Source: Opitutaceae bacterium (GTDB taxonomy: Bacteria > Verrucomicrobiota > Verrucomicrobiia > Opitutales > Coraliomargaritaceae). From it: DNA of 64,000 bases. The notes beneath the pieces are model-generated. The model was not told where the DNA came from, did no database searches, and saw only the letters and a program-made list of their open reading frames with translations. Where the stretch lies: contig JBPOFY010000011.1 of assembly GCA_051252375.1 (NCBI GenBank), positions 55,675 to 119,674 of the forward strand. Reading direction: 5' to 3'. Within the stretch, counting starts at the first letter, position 1. Every line of letters starts with the position of its first letter. Of this stretch, positions 12,330 through 25,267 are shown in pieces. The position numbers and the translations under genes are program-made.

Positions 12330-13553
12330 TTATTCTGCGTTCGACGAAGGCAATCGAAAACGAAATACCGTATCTTTCCCTTCTCCGGACTCCACTTCCA
12401 GTTGAGACCCATGTTCCACCAAAAACTGATGCACCAATTGTAGGCCCAGTCCGTGTCCTTGCTCGCCATCAGTGCCACAGGAACTTAAGGGGGAGACATT
12501 AGAGCGGATCATCTCCATCATCGAGACTGGCATGCCATCACCACTATCGGTAACTGAAATCCACACATGCGTAGCGCCCTCTCGCTCGGCAGTAATCCGG
12601 ATAACTCCGCCCGCGGGGGTAAACTTCAGTGCGTTGCTAGCTAAATTTCGAATAATCGTAGCGAGCATGGTAGCATCTGCCAACACGCTCACATCGGGGT
12701 CGATATCAATGGTAAATTCGATGCGCTTCTCCTTAAGACTTGCTGCCAATATCCCTACCGCGTTCTCCGCGAGCTCTCTGACCTGCACTGTTACAGGCAT
12801 ATAGGACATGCTACCAACTTCGAACTTCGACCAATCCATTAACTTTTCCAGCATAATGAAGGTCTCTGCGGACGACTTATGTAGCGTCGAAACAAGCTCA
12901 CGAACCTCGGCAACAGAGAACGACTCAAGCTCGGTCTTCAATAATTCAGTAACACCGATCAGACCGTTAAAAGGAGAACGTAAGTCATGAGATACAATAC
13001 GGAAAAATTCGTTTAAGCGCCGATTGATGTCATCTAAATCATCATTACTTTTAGCCAACTTCTGATTCGCCAAACGTAACTCCAGAAGAGTCGACACTTG
13101 ATTCGATAATACATTCAGCGCCTGTCGCTGCAATTGAGTCAATTTACGCGGTTCAACATCAATCACGCATAACGAACCCAACGGCAATCCGCTCTCCGTG
13201 ACCAATGGCGCACCCGCATAAAACCGAATTCCAGGCGCTCCAGTGACCAATGGATTATCCACAAAGCGATCATCTTCTAGCGCATTTGAGATCTCTAGAA
13301 TATCACTACCAAGGATGCCGTGCGCACAAAATGAATATGCCCGCGGTGTTTCATCCGCATCCAAACCGACCTTCGCCTTGAACCACTGTCGCGATTCGTC
13401 GACCAATGAAACAAGCGCAATCGGCACATCGCAAATTGATGCCACTAGAGAAACCAAGTCATCGTATTCTTTCTCTGCAGCAGTATCTAGAATACCCAGT
13501 TCTCGCAGCAGTCCTAAACGAGCTTCTTCTTGCGGATGTAAAACTGCTTTCAT
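12330..13553 (-). CDS. GAF-domain sensor histidine kinase
   Basis: GAF (RQWFKA, FCAHGI, IRFYAGAPL), H-box SHDLRSP, NLASNALKFT, DSGDG, GHGLGL. Confidence 0.92.
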   Translation of the reverse strand: MKAVLHPQEEARLGLLRELGILDTAAEKEYDDLVSLVASICDVPIALVSLVDESRQWFKAKVGLDADETPRAYSFCAHGILGSDILEISNALEDDRFVDNPLVTGAPGIRFYAGAPLVTESGLPLGSLCVIDVEPRKLTQLQRQALNVLSNQVSTLLELRLANQKLAKSNDDLDDINRRLNEFFRIVSHDLRSPFNGLIGVTELLKTELESFSVAEVRELVSTLHKSSAETFIMLEKLMDWSKFEVGSMSYMPVTVQVRELAENAVGILAASLKEKRIEFTIDIDPDVSVLADATMLATIIRNLASNALKFTPAGGVIRITAEREGATHVWISVTDSGDGMPVSMMEMIRSNVSPLSSCGTDGEQGHGLGLQLVHQFLVEHGSQLEVESGEGKDTVFRFRLPSSNAE

Positions 13554-13626
13554 TATTTATCTAAAAGTATCTGACTTCTAATCAGACTTGTAGAATACTA
13601 CAGACGCACCGACCTAGCACAAACAC

Positions 13627-13660
13627 AAAAAGCCCCGCGAGCGCTTAGCTGCGGGGCTTT
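13627..13660 (-). terminator. Intrinsic terminator after gpmI
   Basis: AAAAAGCCCCGC...GCGGGGCTTT hairpin. Confidence 0.75.
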
Positions 13661-13694
13661 GTAAATTATCTCGAAAAGCGAAACTCGTATCTCG

Positions 13695-15272
13695 CTACAC
13701 GATCAAGCAATTGCCGGTCATCGCGGCGGGTTGCTCCAAGCCCATGAGCTTGAGAATCGTCGGAGCGATATCACCGAGGCAGCCTCCTTCGAGGAGCTTC
13801 GCATCTTTGTATTCACTACTGTAAACAACGACTTCGACTGGATTCAAAGTGTGCGCGGTGTGCGGGCCACTTCTTTCGTGGCTCCAAAGTTGATCGGAGT
13901 TACCGTGGTCGGCTGTGATGACTGCTGAGCCGCCGACTTCGTCGATTGCAGCGAGCAGGTCAGCGACACAACCGTCAACCACTTCACAGGCTTCGATACA
14001 GGCTTTAATCACACCCGTGTGGCCGACCATGTCGGGATTGGCGAAGTTGATCACCACGAGGCCATACTTACCGGACTTGATCGCAGCGACGGATGCATCG
14101 CGGATGCCGAAAGCGGACATCTCTGGCTTTTCGTCGTAAGTCACGCAGTCCTTACGGCTTGGCACGAGCTCGCGGTCTTCACCAGGGAACGGCTCTTCAC
14201 GGTAGTCGTTGAAGAAGAAGGTGACGTGCGGGAACTTTTCAGTTTCGGCGCAACGGAACTGACCGATGCCCTTGTCTGCAATGTAGCCGCCAAGGATGTC
14301 TTCCATCTTCTCTGGCTTAAAGAAAACGATGTTATCGCAGAGACCTTTTTGGTATTCGCTCAAAGTAGCGAAGTAGATGTCGAGCTTTGCGCCACGATCA
14401 AAACCATCGAAGTCGTCTTGGATGAATGCACGAGTCAACTCACGTGGGCGGTCGCCGCGGAAGTTAAAGAAGATGACTGAGTCGCCATCGCCGATGAGAC
14501 CGACAGGTTGACCATCTTCGCCTACAATGGCAGATGGCGGGCAGAATTCGTCGCCCTTAGTGCCTTCGGTTTCAGGTGCGTCGTATTGCGCTTGGATAGC
14601 TTCAGCTGCGGATGCGAATGAGCGCTGAATGTTGCGGCCGGTGAGGCAGTCGTAAGCGCGTTGCACACGATCCCAGCGGTTGTCGCGATCCATCGCCCAG
14701 TAGCGGCCAGACACGGAAGCGATTTTGCCAATGCCGATCTTAGCCATTTCGGCTTCTGCTTCAGCGATGAAAGTTTTGCCAGTGAATGGACCTGTGTCAC
14801 GACCATCAGTGAACGCATGCACGTAAACTTCTGGCACGCCTTCTTCTTTGGCGATTCGCAGGAGACCGTAAAGGTGCTCCAGCATGGAGTGCACACCTGC
14901 GTCGGAGACGAGACCCATGAAGTGCAGGGCCTTGCCGTTGGTCTTTACATTGTCGAAAGCAGCTTTGAGCGTCGGGCTTTGTTTTACGGAGCCAGTCTCG
15001 ATGCCTTTATTAATACGAACGAGCTCCTGGTCGACCACACGGCCAGCGCCGATATTTTGGTGACCCACTTCAGAGTTGCCCATGACACCTTCCGGCAAAC
15101 CCACTGCGAGGCCGCAGGCGGCAATCTCGGTGCGTGGATACTCCGCGGTCAAACGATCCGCAACCGGAGTGTTCGCAAGCTTAACGGCGTTGTAGGCGTC
15201 GTAGGACGCATCGTGATTTTCACCCCATCCATCGCGGATGATGAGGACGACTGGCTTTTGTTTTTCAGACAT
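13695..15272 (-). CDS. gpmI: 2,3-bisphosphoglycerate-independent phosphoglycerate mutase
   Basis: [50 protein letters not shown]. Confidence 0.96.
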   Translation of the reverse strand: MSEKQKPVVLIIRDGWGENHDASYDAYNAVKLANTPVADRLTAEYPRTEIAACGLAVGLPEGVMGNSEVGHQNIGAGRVVDQELVRINKGIETGSVKQSPTLKAAFDNVKTNGKALHFMGLVSDAGVHSMLEHLYGLLRIAKEEGVPEVYVHAFTDGRDTGPFTGKTFIAEAEAEMAKIGIGKIASVSGRYWAMDRDNRWDRVQRAYDCLTGRNIQRSFASAAEAIQAQYDAPETEGTKGDEFCPPSAIVGEDGQPVGLIGDGDSVIFFNFRGDRPRELTRAFIQDDFDGFDRGAKLDIYFATLSEYQKGLCDNIVFFKPEKMEDILGGYIADKGIGQFRCAETEKFPHVTFFFNDYREEPFPGEDRELVPSRKDCVTYDEKPEMSAFGIRDASVAAIKSGKYGLVVINFANPDMVGHTGVIKACIEACEVVDGCVADLLAAIDEVGGSAVITADHGNSDQLWSHERSGPHTAHTLNPVEVVVYSSEYKDAKLLEGGCLGDIAPTILKLMGLEQPAAMTGNCLIV

Positions 15273-15312
15273 GTTTTGCATTAGAAATTAGCTATGACCG
15301 CTTAGGCATTGA

Positions 15313-16317
15313 TTAAAAGAGATACCCAAGCTGAGAAAGTGAAGAGACCGAGAGAATCGCCACGTAGAGGAAAATCAAGAACACACCTTCTTTACGAGAT
15401 ACGGTATGACCACTTTTAAAGATCCACAGTAGGAACGCTGTCAGTGCAATCAGCGCAGGGAACTCGAAATAAAACAACGAGGTCGCCACCGGAATCGGAA
15501 TGATCGTCGCCACTCCCCCGCCAATAAGAAGGATGTTAAAGAGATTGGAGCCGACAATGTTACCCGCGCAGATGTCCGCATGACCAGAACGTGCGGCAGC
15601 AATAGAAGCCGCCAGTTCGGGCAAGCTTGTGCCCAGCGCAACGATGGTCAAACCGATCAAGGTATCACTCACCCCCATGCGACCAGCGAGCTCGACACTA
15701 CTACCGACCAATATATCTGCACCCAGCGCCAGAAGCACTCCGCCTAAAACAATCAAGCCTAAGCCTAATGAGGTCGGGCGCCCGGCATTTCCCTGGATCT
15801 CTTCGGTAAACTCATTTGCCACCTCAGCCGACTCATCCTTCGCACCACGGACGACGTAAATCAGGTAAACAACCATGATTCCCAGCATAATGATGCCCTC
15901 GATTCGGGAAAAGCCCCCGATGGCAAATATACTGAATAGCACAGTGACACCAATCAGGATAGGCACCTCACGCCGTATCAGACGCATCTGCACTGCGAGC
16001 GGCGCAATGATGGCAGTCACGCCCAAAATGAGGCCGATATTGGCCACATTGCTGCCGAGAATATTGCCAAGAGCCAATCCGGGACTGTCTTTGGCGGCCA
16101 AGAGCGAGGTCATCATTTCAGGCATCGACGTGGCAATCGACACAATCGTGAGACCGACGACGACCGGATTGATCTTCAAATTCACCGAAACCGTCGCTGC
16201 ACCCGCAGTCAGCCAGTCCCCGCCAAAGGCCAAAGCCGTAAGACCCAACACCAAGAGCAGCGCAAGCCACAAAAGCGCGAGGTCGGGATACGGTATACTG
16301 ATCAGTGCGAGTGTCAT
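15313..16317 (-). CDS. Calcium/sodium antiporter (CaCA, YrbG family)
   Basis: Two alpha-repeats: ATSMPE...GNILGSN and GTSLPE...GNIVGSN; hydrophobic. Confidence 0.9.
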   Translation of the reverse strand: MTLALISIPYPDLALLWLALLLVLGLTALAFGGDWLTAGAATVSVNLKINPVVVGLTIVSIATSMPEMMTSLLAAKDSPGLALGNILGSNVANIGLILGVTAIIAPLAVQMRLIRREVPILIGVTVLFSIFAIGGFSRIEGIIMLGIMVVYLIYVVRGAKDESAEVANEFTEEIQGNAGRPTSLGLGLIVLGGVLLALGADILVGSSVELAGRMGVSDTLIGLTIVALGTSLPELAASIAAARSGHADICAGNIVGSNLFNILLIGGGVATIIPIPVATSLFYFEFPALIALTAFLLWIFKSGHTVSRKEGVFLIFLYVAILSVSSLSQLGYLF

Positions 16318-16469
16318 AAAAATTTGCAATCAGGCGACAATTGACGCGCTGAGAAGGTCAGTCCTAAGAAGGAGCAAAGCCTCGTATCTGCGAGAAAATT
16401 CTGAGTGCTTGACTTGGTAAACCAAAAAACCACACTGCCGCGCTTTTATCAGCCCTAGGCTCTAAAACC

Positions 16470-19298
<2,829 letters not shown>

Positions 19299-19321
19299 TC
19301 CCCAATCCCCTTTCAATCGAA

Positions 19322-20314
19322 ATGACTAAGAAAAAGACAACCGTGAAGAAAGCTGCCAAAAAAACCACCGCCAAGAAAGTCGTGGCTAAGAAGGCAGTCA
19401 AAAAGGTAGCCGCTAAAAAGACGGCCAAGAAGACCGTTAAAAAAGTCGCCACTGCAAAACCGGCAAAAAAGACAGCGGTTAAAAAAGTCGTCAGCAAAAA
19501 AGCCGTTAAAAAGGTCGGCACTAAAAAGACGGTCAAGCAAGCTGCAACAACAGTAGCGACCAAGCCGACCGCAAACAAAGCAGTCGTCGCTCGCTCCGGA
19601 GTCACTTCAAATAGTGACGACAAGAAAGCTACTCCGATCGTCTTTTCGCTCGATGACGTCGAAGCACTCATGGCGACCAAGAAGAAGGAAGAAAAGGTCA
19701 CCCCAAAAGCACCTGCCGCGAAGAAAGCTGCTCCAGTTAAAAAGAAGGTCGTCGAAGTCGATACTCCTGTAGAGAAACGTGTCCTCGGTGCCGCTTCACT
19801 CGCAGACATTTTGGGATTCAATCCCGCGGAAAAGAAAAAGAGCCCATTAGAAGAGGACGATGTCCCTAAGAAGTGGAAAAAATTCTACAAGCTCCTACTC
19901 GATCTACGCGCACACGTTCGCGACGAGTTAGACCTGCACACTGCCGACACACTCAAGCACTCTGCCCGCGAAGACTCTGATATCTCAGGCTATGGTAACC
20001 ACCAAGCCGATGCCGCTACGGACGCTTTCGACCGCGACTTCGCCTTAAGCCTCGTTTCCAATGAGCAAGATGCGCTGAACGAAATCGAAGAAGCCATCCA
20101 ACGTATCAAGAACGGCAGCTACGGCATTTGTGAAGTGACCGGTAAAGCCATTCCAAAAGAACGTCTCAGTGCTGTGCCGTTCGCACGATTCTCAGTCCAA
20201 GGACAATCCGAATACGAAAAGAACAAGCGCCGAAAAATCAACCGCGATGCTGGCGGCCTCTTCGGCGATGGCACCGATGCGCCCAAAATCGCATCGGATG
20301 ACGACGACGAGTAA
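19322..20314 (+). CDS. TraR/DksA-family protein with Lys/Ala-rich histone-like N-terminus
   Basis: ~95 aa of KKAAKK-type repeats; C-terminal NHQADAATD, IEEAIQRIKNGSYGICEVTGKAIPKERLSAVPFA. Confidence 0.88.
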   Translation: MTKKKTTVKKAAKKTTAKKVVAKKAVKKVAAKKTAKKTVKKVATAKPAKKTAVKKVVSKKAVKKVGTKKTVKQAATTVATKPTANKAVVARSGVTSNSDDKKATPIVFSLDDVEALMATKKKEEKVTPKAPAAKKAAPVKKKVVEVDTPVEKRVLGAASLADILGFNPAEKKKSPLEEDDVPKKWKKFYKLLLDLRAHVRDELDLHTADTLKHSAREDSDISGYGNHQADAATDAFDRDFALSLVSNEQDALNEIEEAIQRIKNGSYGICEVTGKAIPKERLSAVPFARFSVQGQSEYEKNKRRKINRDAGGLFGDGTDAPKIASDDDDE

Positions 20315-20417
20315 AATCGGCGCTGTCTTAATCTGACTCCAAATCCAAACCAGTTGAACTCTCTCTAGTTGAACGACGTTCACTGATGACGATGACGACG
20401 AGTAAGATTAAAACCAA

Positions 20418-20978
20418 ATGAAACCTTCCGAGAAATTCAGTGCCTACAAACTGCTGTTCGTTGTTTCGACCATTGTCTTTGTGCTCGATCAGCTGACGAA
20501 GACCTGGATTTTTAACCATCCGAATCTGCCGCTCGACAGTTACTTCTTTCCGGATTCGATCGAAGTCATTAAAGACTTTTTCTACATCGTCCATATCGGC
20601 AATGAAGGCGCCGCATGGGGTATGTTTAGCGGCTATGGTGGCTTCTTGGCACTCTTCGCATTTGTTGCCCTATTCGCGATTTATAAAATGCGCCACAGCT
20701 TAGAGCTCCACCGCAAGTCCATGCAGTTCGCATTCGGGCTACTCATCGGCGGCGTGCTGGGCAATATGGTGGATCGGCTGATTCACGGACATGTTATCGA
20801 CTTCCTCGATTTCCATTTTCCGTTCTCCGTCCCCTACCTCATGCCTGACGGACGCTACCCGGCCTTCAACATCGCAGACTGCGGCATCGTTGTCGGTGTA
20901 TTCACCTACATCACACTGAGCTTTTTCTCAAAGCCACTAGTCACGGACGCAGGCGAAGCAGAAGATAGCGGGAGTTGA
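20418..20978 (+). CDS. lspA: Lipoprotein signal peptidase II
   Basis: LDQLTK, NEGAAWG, GNMVDR, VIDFL, FNIAD. Confidence 0.95.
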   Translation: MKPSEKFSAYKLLFVVSTIVFVLDQLTKTWIFNHPNLPLDSYFFPDSIEVIKDFFYIVHIGNEGAAWGMFSGYGGFLALFAFVALFAIYKMRHSLELHRKSMQFAFGLLIGGVLGNMVDRLIHGHVIDFLDFHFPFSVPYLMPDGRYPAFNIADCGIVVGVFTYITLSFFSKPLVTDAGEAEDSGS

Positions 20979-21006
20979 TTGACGCCCGACTAGCCTCGGA
21001 TGAACA

Positions 21007-21693
21007 TCATACGTCAGCTTCGGAATTCATCAGGTAGCTCTGATGACGCTGCAGTTGCTGCTCCAAAGAGGACGCCACCACAACTGAAGTCGCGAAGAAC
21101 ATAATCACCGCATTCGAAATCGCATCGCTACTAACTGAAGACTGCACCCGTTTCGAAAAGTCACGGTTCAGCCCTTCAAGCACATCATACAATTCTTTCA
21201 AGTGGATCAGCTTCCAATCAGGCTCTTCACCTTGAAGCTGCTTGAAGTATTGTTTGATCAAATACGAGCCCACGGTGCGATGCAGTGTTTCACGGGTAGA
21301 ACAGAATGGGATATGGAAACTCGCCATGGCTTGAAGATCTTTCAAAACCGGACAGCCGCTAGTCGCCATCAAGAGTCCCATCAGTGAATTCAATCCCACC
21401 TGTAGGTCGCACTCTTCAAAATAATTCCTTTCCTCAGTTGTCACGGTCACCTTCACCCGCTCGGTGGATTGATTGTCCGCAAACGAAGTCATCACTTCAT
21501 TCATACGCACTGCCACCGGGCAATAAGCGCAGTCCGCTTCCTTCAACGGGCAACAGGCACATTGCTTATTCTTTAAAAGAGCCCATTCAGGATGATCGCC
21601 GTCATTCTGAATATCACGCGCTTGTGTCCCGACCTCAAAACTCACCTCACGGTCCGCGAGTTCAAAGTGGTAACCGACTGTGCCAGTCTTCAT
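21007..21693 (-). CDS. Uncharacterised Cys-rich protein (DUF6901-like)
   Basis: WALL..QCACCPL...CPVA, SLMGLLMATSGCP, FHIPF; family name from recall, not a search. Confidence 0.7.
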   Translation of the reverse strand: MKTGTVGYHFELADREVSFEVGTQARDIQNDGDHPEWALLKNKQCACCPLKEADCAYCPVAVRMNEVMTSFADNQSTERVKVTVTTEERNYFEECDLQVGLNSLMGLLMATSGCPVLKDLQAMASFHIPFCSTRETLHRTVGSYLIKQYFKQLQGEEPDWKLIHLKELYDVLEGLNRDFSKRVQSSVSSDAISNAVIMFFATSVVVASSLEQQLQRHQSYLMNSEADV

Positions 21694-21764
21694 GTGTAGT
21701 ATCCAAACCAATCCACAACCAAAGGTCTAGGAGGAATGCACCACTACTTACAATTTACTCTCCT

Positions 21765-22982
21765 TTAGCGGCCTCGACGAATGTCAGAACCCTTATACTG
21801 CACACGCACACGATAAATTCGCTTAATGCGTGTCTTGATTTTGAAGGTCTTCGGGTCGATCGACTCAGGCACTTCTTCACGCTGTAAATCGATAATCGCA
21901 TGGTAGCCACGCTCAGAGAAAATATCGATCATCATACTCAACGCATCAGGGTCGTGCAGCACGGTGCTCTCGGTATTCACCACCGACATACCCGAGATCG
22001 CATGGCGCATAATGATCGGCATGAAGTCCAGTTGGATCAAAGCAATGACTTTCTCAAATAACTCAGACTGGCGCTGCTGATACGAATCCAAGCGATCCAC
22101 CAAATCCTGACGAGCATGCTTCGAAAGCGAACTCGCCACAGGAATACGGGAAAGAAGGTCGTAAGTCGCTTCGTCCAACTCCAGAGAGCCCTGGTAGCGC
22201 AATTCTTTGTCAATACGTGCGCGCACCTCTTCAACTGGGCCATGCGCATTGATGAAATGATAGAAGAAAATCTCACGAAGGTCTTTCAACGCACCGTAGG
22301 TTTTCTCCTTAAAGGTGCGGTAACGATTGAGTGCGGCTTCTGGGTTCAAGTCGGTCGCACGCAAATCCATGATCTCACCAACACCCGACTCCTTAACTTC
22401 TTCATTATGCGCCTGCGCCTGCACACCTCGGTAGAGCTGACGACGCACACTCTCCTTCTCATCGACAAAGAGCACGACGATATGAAAGTGCGGTTTCTTG
22501 AAATGCTCTGAGTAAAGGGTGTCGCGATACTTGTTACGCAGCTCGACCAACTTAGTGAAGAGTAACTTCACGCACTCAACCTGCACCTTGGTGCGGGGAA
22601 AGCCATCGACGACAGCACCGCTTTTATACACCGGGTCCAACAGCTTACGCAGCATGATTTCGATCACTTCGCGGTCACCGACTAGCATACCAGCGTCCTT
22701 CATTTTTTCAGCCTCGGGGCTCTGCAATAAAGAGCTCACAACCAGCGGCGGAGCCGTCAAATCGCGATACTGCATGATGAAGTCGGTATTCGTTCCTTTA
22801 CCTGCGCCCGGGGCACCATTCAGCCAGAAAATTTCCTTCGGGAAACGCAGATACTCTTCGCCAAACTCTGTTTCCAAGCTCGACCAGACGGAGCTGAAGA
22901 TGATCTGAGCATCCTTCACCTCTAAGTCCTGAACCTGTTTAGGATCGTTCTCTTTGATAGTTTCGTCGGTCTGCTCAGGCAT
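21765..22982 (-). CDS. Adenylate/nucleoside-monophosphate kinase family protein, extended
   Basis: P-loop [22 protein letters not shown]; 405 aa. Confidence 0.85.
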   Translation of the reverse strand: MPEQTDETIKENDPKQVQDLEVKDAQIIFSSVWSSLETEFGEEYLRFPKEIFWLNGAPGAGKGTNTDFIMQYRDLTAPPLVVSSLLQSPEAEKMKDAGMLVGDREVIEIMLRKLLDPVYKSGAVVDGFPRTKVQVECVKLLFTKLVELRNKYRDTLYSEHFKKPHFHIVVLFVDEKESVRRQLYRGVQAQAHNEEVKESGVGEIMDLRATDLNPEAALNRYRTFKEKTYGALKDLREIFFYHFINAHGPVEEVRARIDKELRYQGSLELDEATYDLLSRIPVASSLSKHARQDLVDRLDSYQQRQSELFEKVIALIQLDFMPIIMRHAISGMSVVNTESTVLHDPDALSMMIDIFSERGYHAIIDLQREEVPESIDPKTFKIKTRIKRIYRVRVQYKGSDIRRGR

Positions 22983-23060
22983 CTTGGAAATGGGTCAATT
23001 GGTTAAAAGAAGTCAAAAGGATTGAAGTATCTCCAGAGTAACTTCAAGTCTGATTCCTCG

Positions 23061-24407
23061 TTAGTTTCCCTTAGTTGGCTTGAAGCGTAGACGGTGGACT
23101 AAAAAAACCAATGCCACCGAGCATACGAAATACAGCGGGAACCACGTAATTGACTCCACAAAAACCAATTGCTGGGCGATTTCATCACTCATCCCATCGA
23201 CTGGATCCTGCTTTGCCTTGATCGCCACGATCAAACCGGAATACAGCATTGCAACCGCCCCATATGCGAAATTGGTCGAAAGCCCTCTGAAACTCAGGAT
23301 CGTGGCACGTTGCTCGGAGGGTGCTGCCTCGTTTAAATAGCGACTGACGAAGAAACCCGTCATCTGAATAGATGCGTATAGGAAAACCGCTGGCAGGATA
23401 CCCCAATATGGAATCGCCATCGCCAGACCATACAGACCCACAAACACCGCCGCCACCAGCCAGAGGAAATTCTTCAACGGCGTGCCATGATCCGCCATAT
23501 AGCGAGCCAGGCGCGGCACAAATACGCCCATCAGCGCCATTCCAGACCCAATCAATCCATAACTTGCGATCGGCAGATGAATCACGTTCCAATATTCACT
23601 CGCCAGTGTCAGGAACTGCCGAATCGCACTATCCAGAACCATCGCTGCGAGGATGATACCAAAAGGCAAGGAGGTGGCCCAAATCCAACGCGCACCAGCT
23701 AGCGATTGCTGCCACGACTGCGCCAAAGTTTCCCGCACAGTAAGTGATTTTTCATGCACGACCTCTTGCATGCGCAAAGCCATCCAGAGCACCACGAGCG
23801 AAGATAAAAAAGTCAGCACGATCGGCACTTTAATCAACTGCGCCTGCTCCACACGAAATGCCGAACCTAGCGTCTTAAAGACCGCGTTCACCATATCCGG
23901 ATCGTAACAAGCCGCACCGATCATCATGGCAAAGAAAAAGGCCAACGAAGTATCACGCTGCACTCGCTCCAAAACGCGCCCCCAGCGGCTCTCGATGCCG
24001 GCCGCCTTCATCGAATCGTAAACCAAGGCCTCATCTGACCCACTCGCCGCCGCTTCAGCAGCTCCGCTAAGCACCCGATTGATTGCAAACAGCGCAAATA
24101 ATAAAGTCCCGCCGCCAATAGGTGCCACCAGCAACACGCCCATTTCGAGCACCATACACACGCCTGCCAAGATCAACAGATTTCGCCGACCGACCGTATC
24201 GGCCAATGCCCCCGAAGGCACTTCCAGCACGACAATCGTCACCGCCCAAAGCCCATTCAGCATGACAAACTGCGGGAGTGTTAAACCATAATCCAAAAAC
24301 AATAAGGCATACACCGGATAGTAAAACCGCGCCGAGAAAAACATCCGGAACAGAGTAAAATGGCGCACATTACGCAGCGCAGTATTTTCAAGATCAGTGG
24401 CACTCAT
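23061..24407 (-). CDS. MFS transporter
   Basis: LEVPSGALADTVGRR motif A, SGSDEALVYDS, RATILS; many TM segments. Confidence 0.88.
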   Translation of the reverse strand: MSATDLENTALRNVRHFTLFRMFFSARFYYPVYALLFLDYGLTLPQFVMLNGLWAVTIVVLEVPSGALADTVGRRNLLILAGVCMVLEMGVLLVAPIGGGTLLFALFAINRVLSGAAEAAASGSDEALVYDSMKAAGIESRWGRVLERVQRDTSLAFFFAMMIGAACYDPDMVNAVFKTLGSAFRVEQAQLIKVPIVLTFLSSLVVLWMALRMQEVVHEKSLTVRETLAQSWQQSLAGARWIWATSLPFGIILAAMVLDSAIRQFLTLASEYWNVIHLPIASYGLIGSGMALMGVFVPRLARYMADHGTPLKNFLWLVAAVFVGLYGLAMAIPYWGILPAVFLYASIQMTGFFVSRYLNEAAPSEQRATILSFRGLSTNFAYGAVAMLYSGLIVAIKAKQDPVDGMSDEIAQQLVFVESITWFPLYFVCSVALVFLVHRLRFKPTKGN

Positions 24408-24520
24408 GGTGATTCGAAATACGGGATACTCGATACGAGCGGAGCGCAAAACAAAACGCCAATTCCCATCTCGCATCCCAACCACCAAATCCCCTATCTT
24501 AATCTCTACTAGATTCAACA

Positions 24521-24548
24521 CTCACCTCTCACCCCTCACCTCTCACCT
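24521..24548 (+). repeat. Heptamer tandem array (CTCACCY)x4
   Basis: CTCACCT CTCACCC CTCACCT CTCACCT. Confidence 0.75.
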
Positions 24549-24562
24549 CTCCTTCTTCTCCC

Positions 24563-25015
24563 GTGCTCAAACACTTTCCCATTCATTGGCTCATCGCCCT
24601 CACTGCACTGCTCTTTGTCGGCTGCGAAGAAGAACCACTGCTCAAAGATTTCACCAGCGACGGTTGCTCCCTCTTCCCCGACCGTTCGCTGATCAGTTCA
24701 AAAGACTGGTGCGAGTGCTGCGTCGAGCACGACCTCGCTTATTGGCAAGGTGGCACCGAAGAACAACGCCTCAAAGCCGACGAACAGCTCCGTGCCTGCG
24801 TGCTAGCCAAAACGGACGACGCTCTCCTCGCCGACGCGATGTTCAAAGGCGTCCGTATGGGCGGCAGTCCCTGGTTCTACAATTGGTATCACTGGGGCTA
24901 CGGCTGGACCGACGGCCGTAAATACCAAGCTCTCACACTCGAAGAACAACGCATGGTCAGCGACAAGCTAGTAGAATATTTCAAACAATCCGGCGGCACC
25001 AGCCCCTGCGATTGA
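24563..25015 (+). CDS. Lipoprotein with phospholipase A2-like motif
   Basis: Lipobox LFVGC; FTSDGCS...CCVEHDLAYWQGG...R..AD..L..C. Confidence 0.75.
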   Translation: MLKHFPIHWLIALTALLFVGCEEEPLLKDFTSDGCSLFPDRSLISSKDWCECCVEHDLAYWQGGTEEQRLKADEQLRACVLAKTDDALLADAMFKGVRMGGSPWFYNWYHWGYGWTDGRKYQALTLEEQRMVSDKLVEYFKQSGGTSPCD

Positions 25016-25041
25016 TGAAGGGACATGCCCCGGTCAAGCGA

Positions 25042-25138
25042 GGTAGAGGCGGTCGTCCCGACCGCCATTGCGGTGCGAGAGCCATTGTAATTTGCTCAAC
25101 GACTCAAACGTGTGGCGATGGAGACCATCGCCGCTACC
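25042..25138. repeat. GTAG-type REPIN (family C)
   Basis: GGTAGAGGCGGTCGTCCCGACCGC...GGCGATGGAGACCATCGCCGCTACC. Confidence 0.8.
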
Positions 25139-25172
25139 TTAATTAAATATTAAGACTCATTTGAAAGCATTT

Positions 25173-25204
25173 GGTAGGGACGCCTGAGGGCAGACGTCCC
25201 TACC
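25173..25204. repeat. Collapsed GTAG REPIN (family B)
   Basis: GGTAGGGACGCCTGAGGGCAGACGTCCCTACC = both ends of the 28715-28790 element without the middle. Confidence 0.8.
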
Positions 25205-25267
25205 TTTGGCGTCAATCAATAGTTAGATTGATTAGAATGTATAGCTTCCTACCATCGCCGCCCCCAC

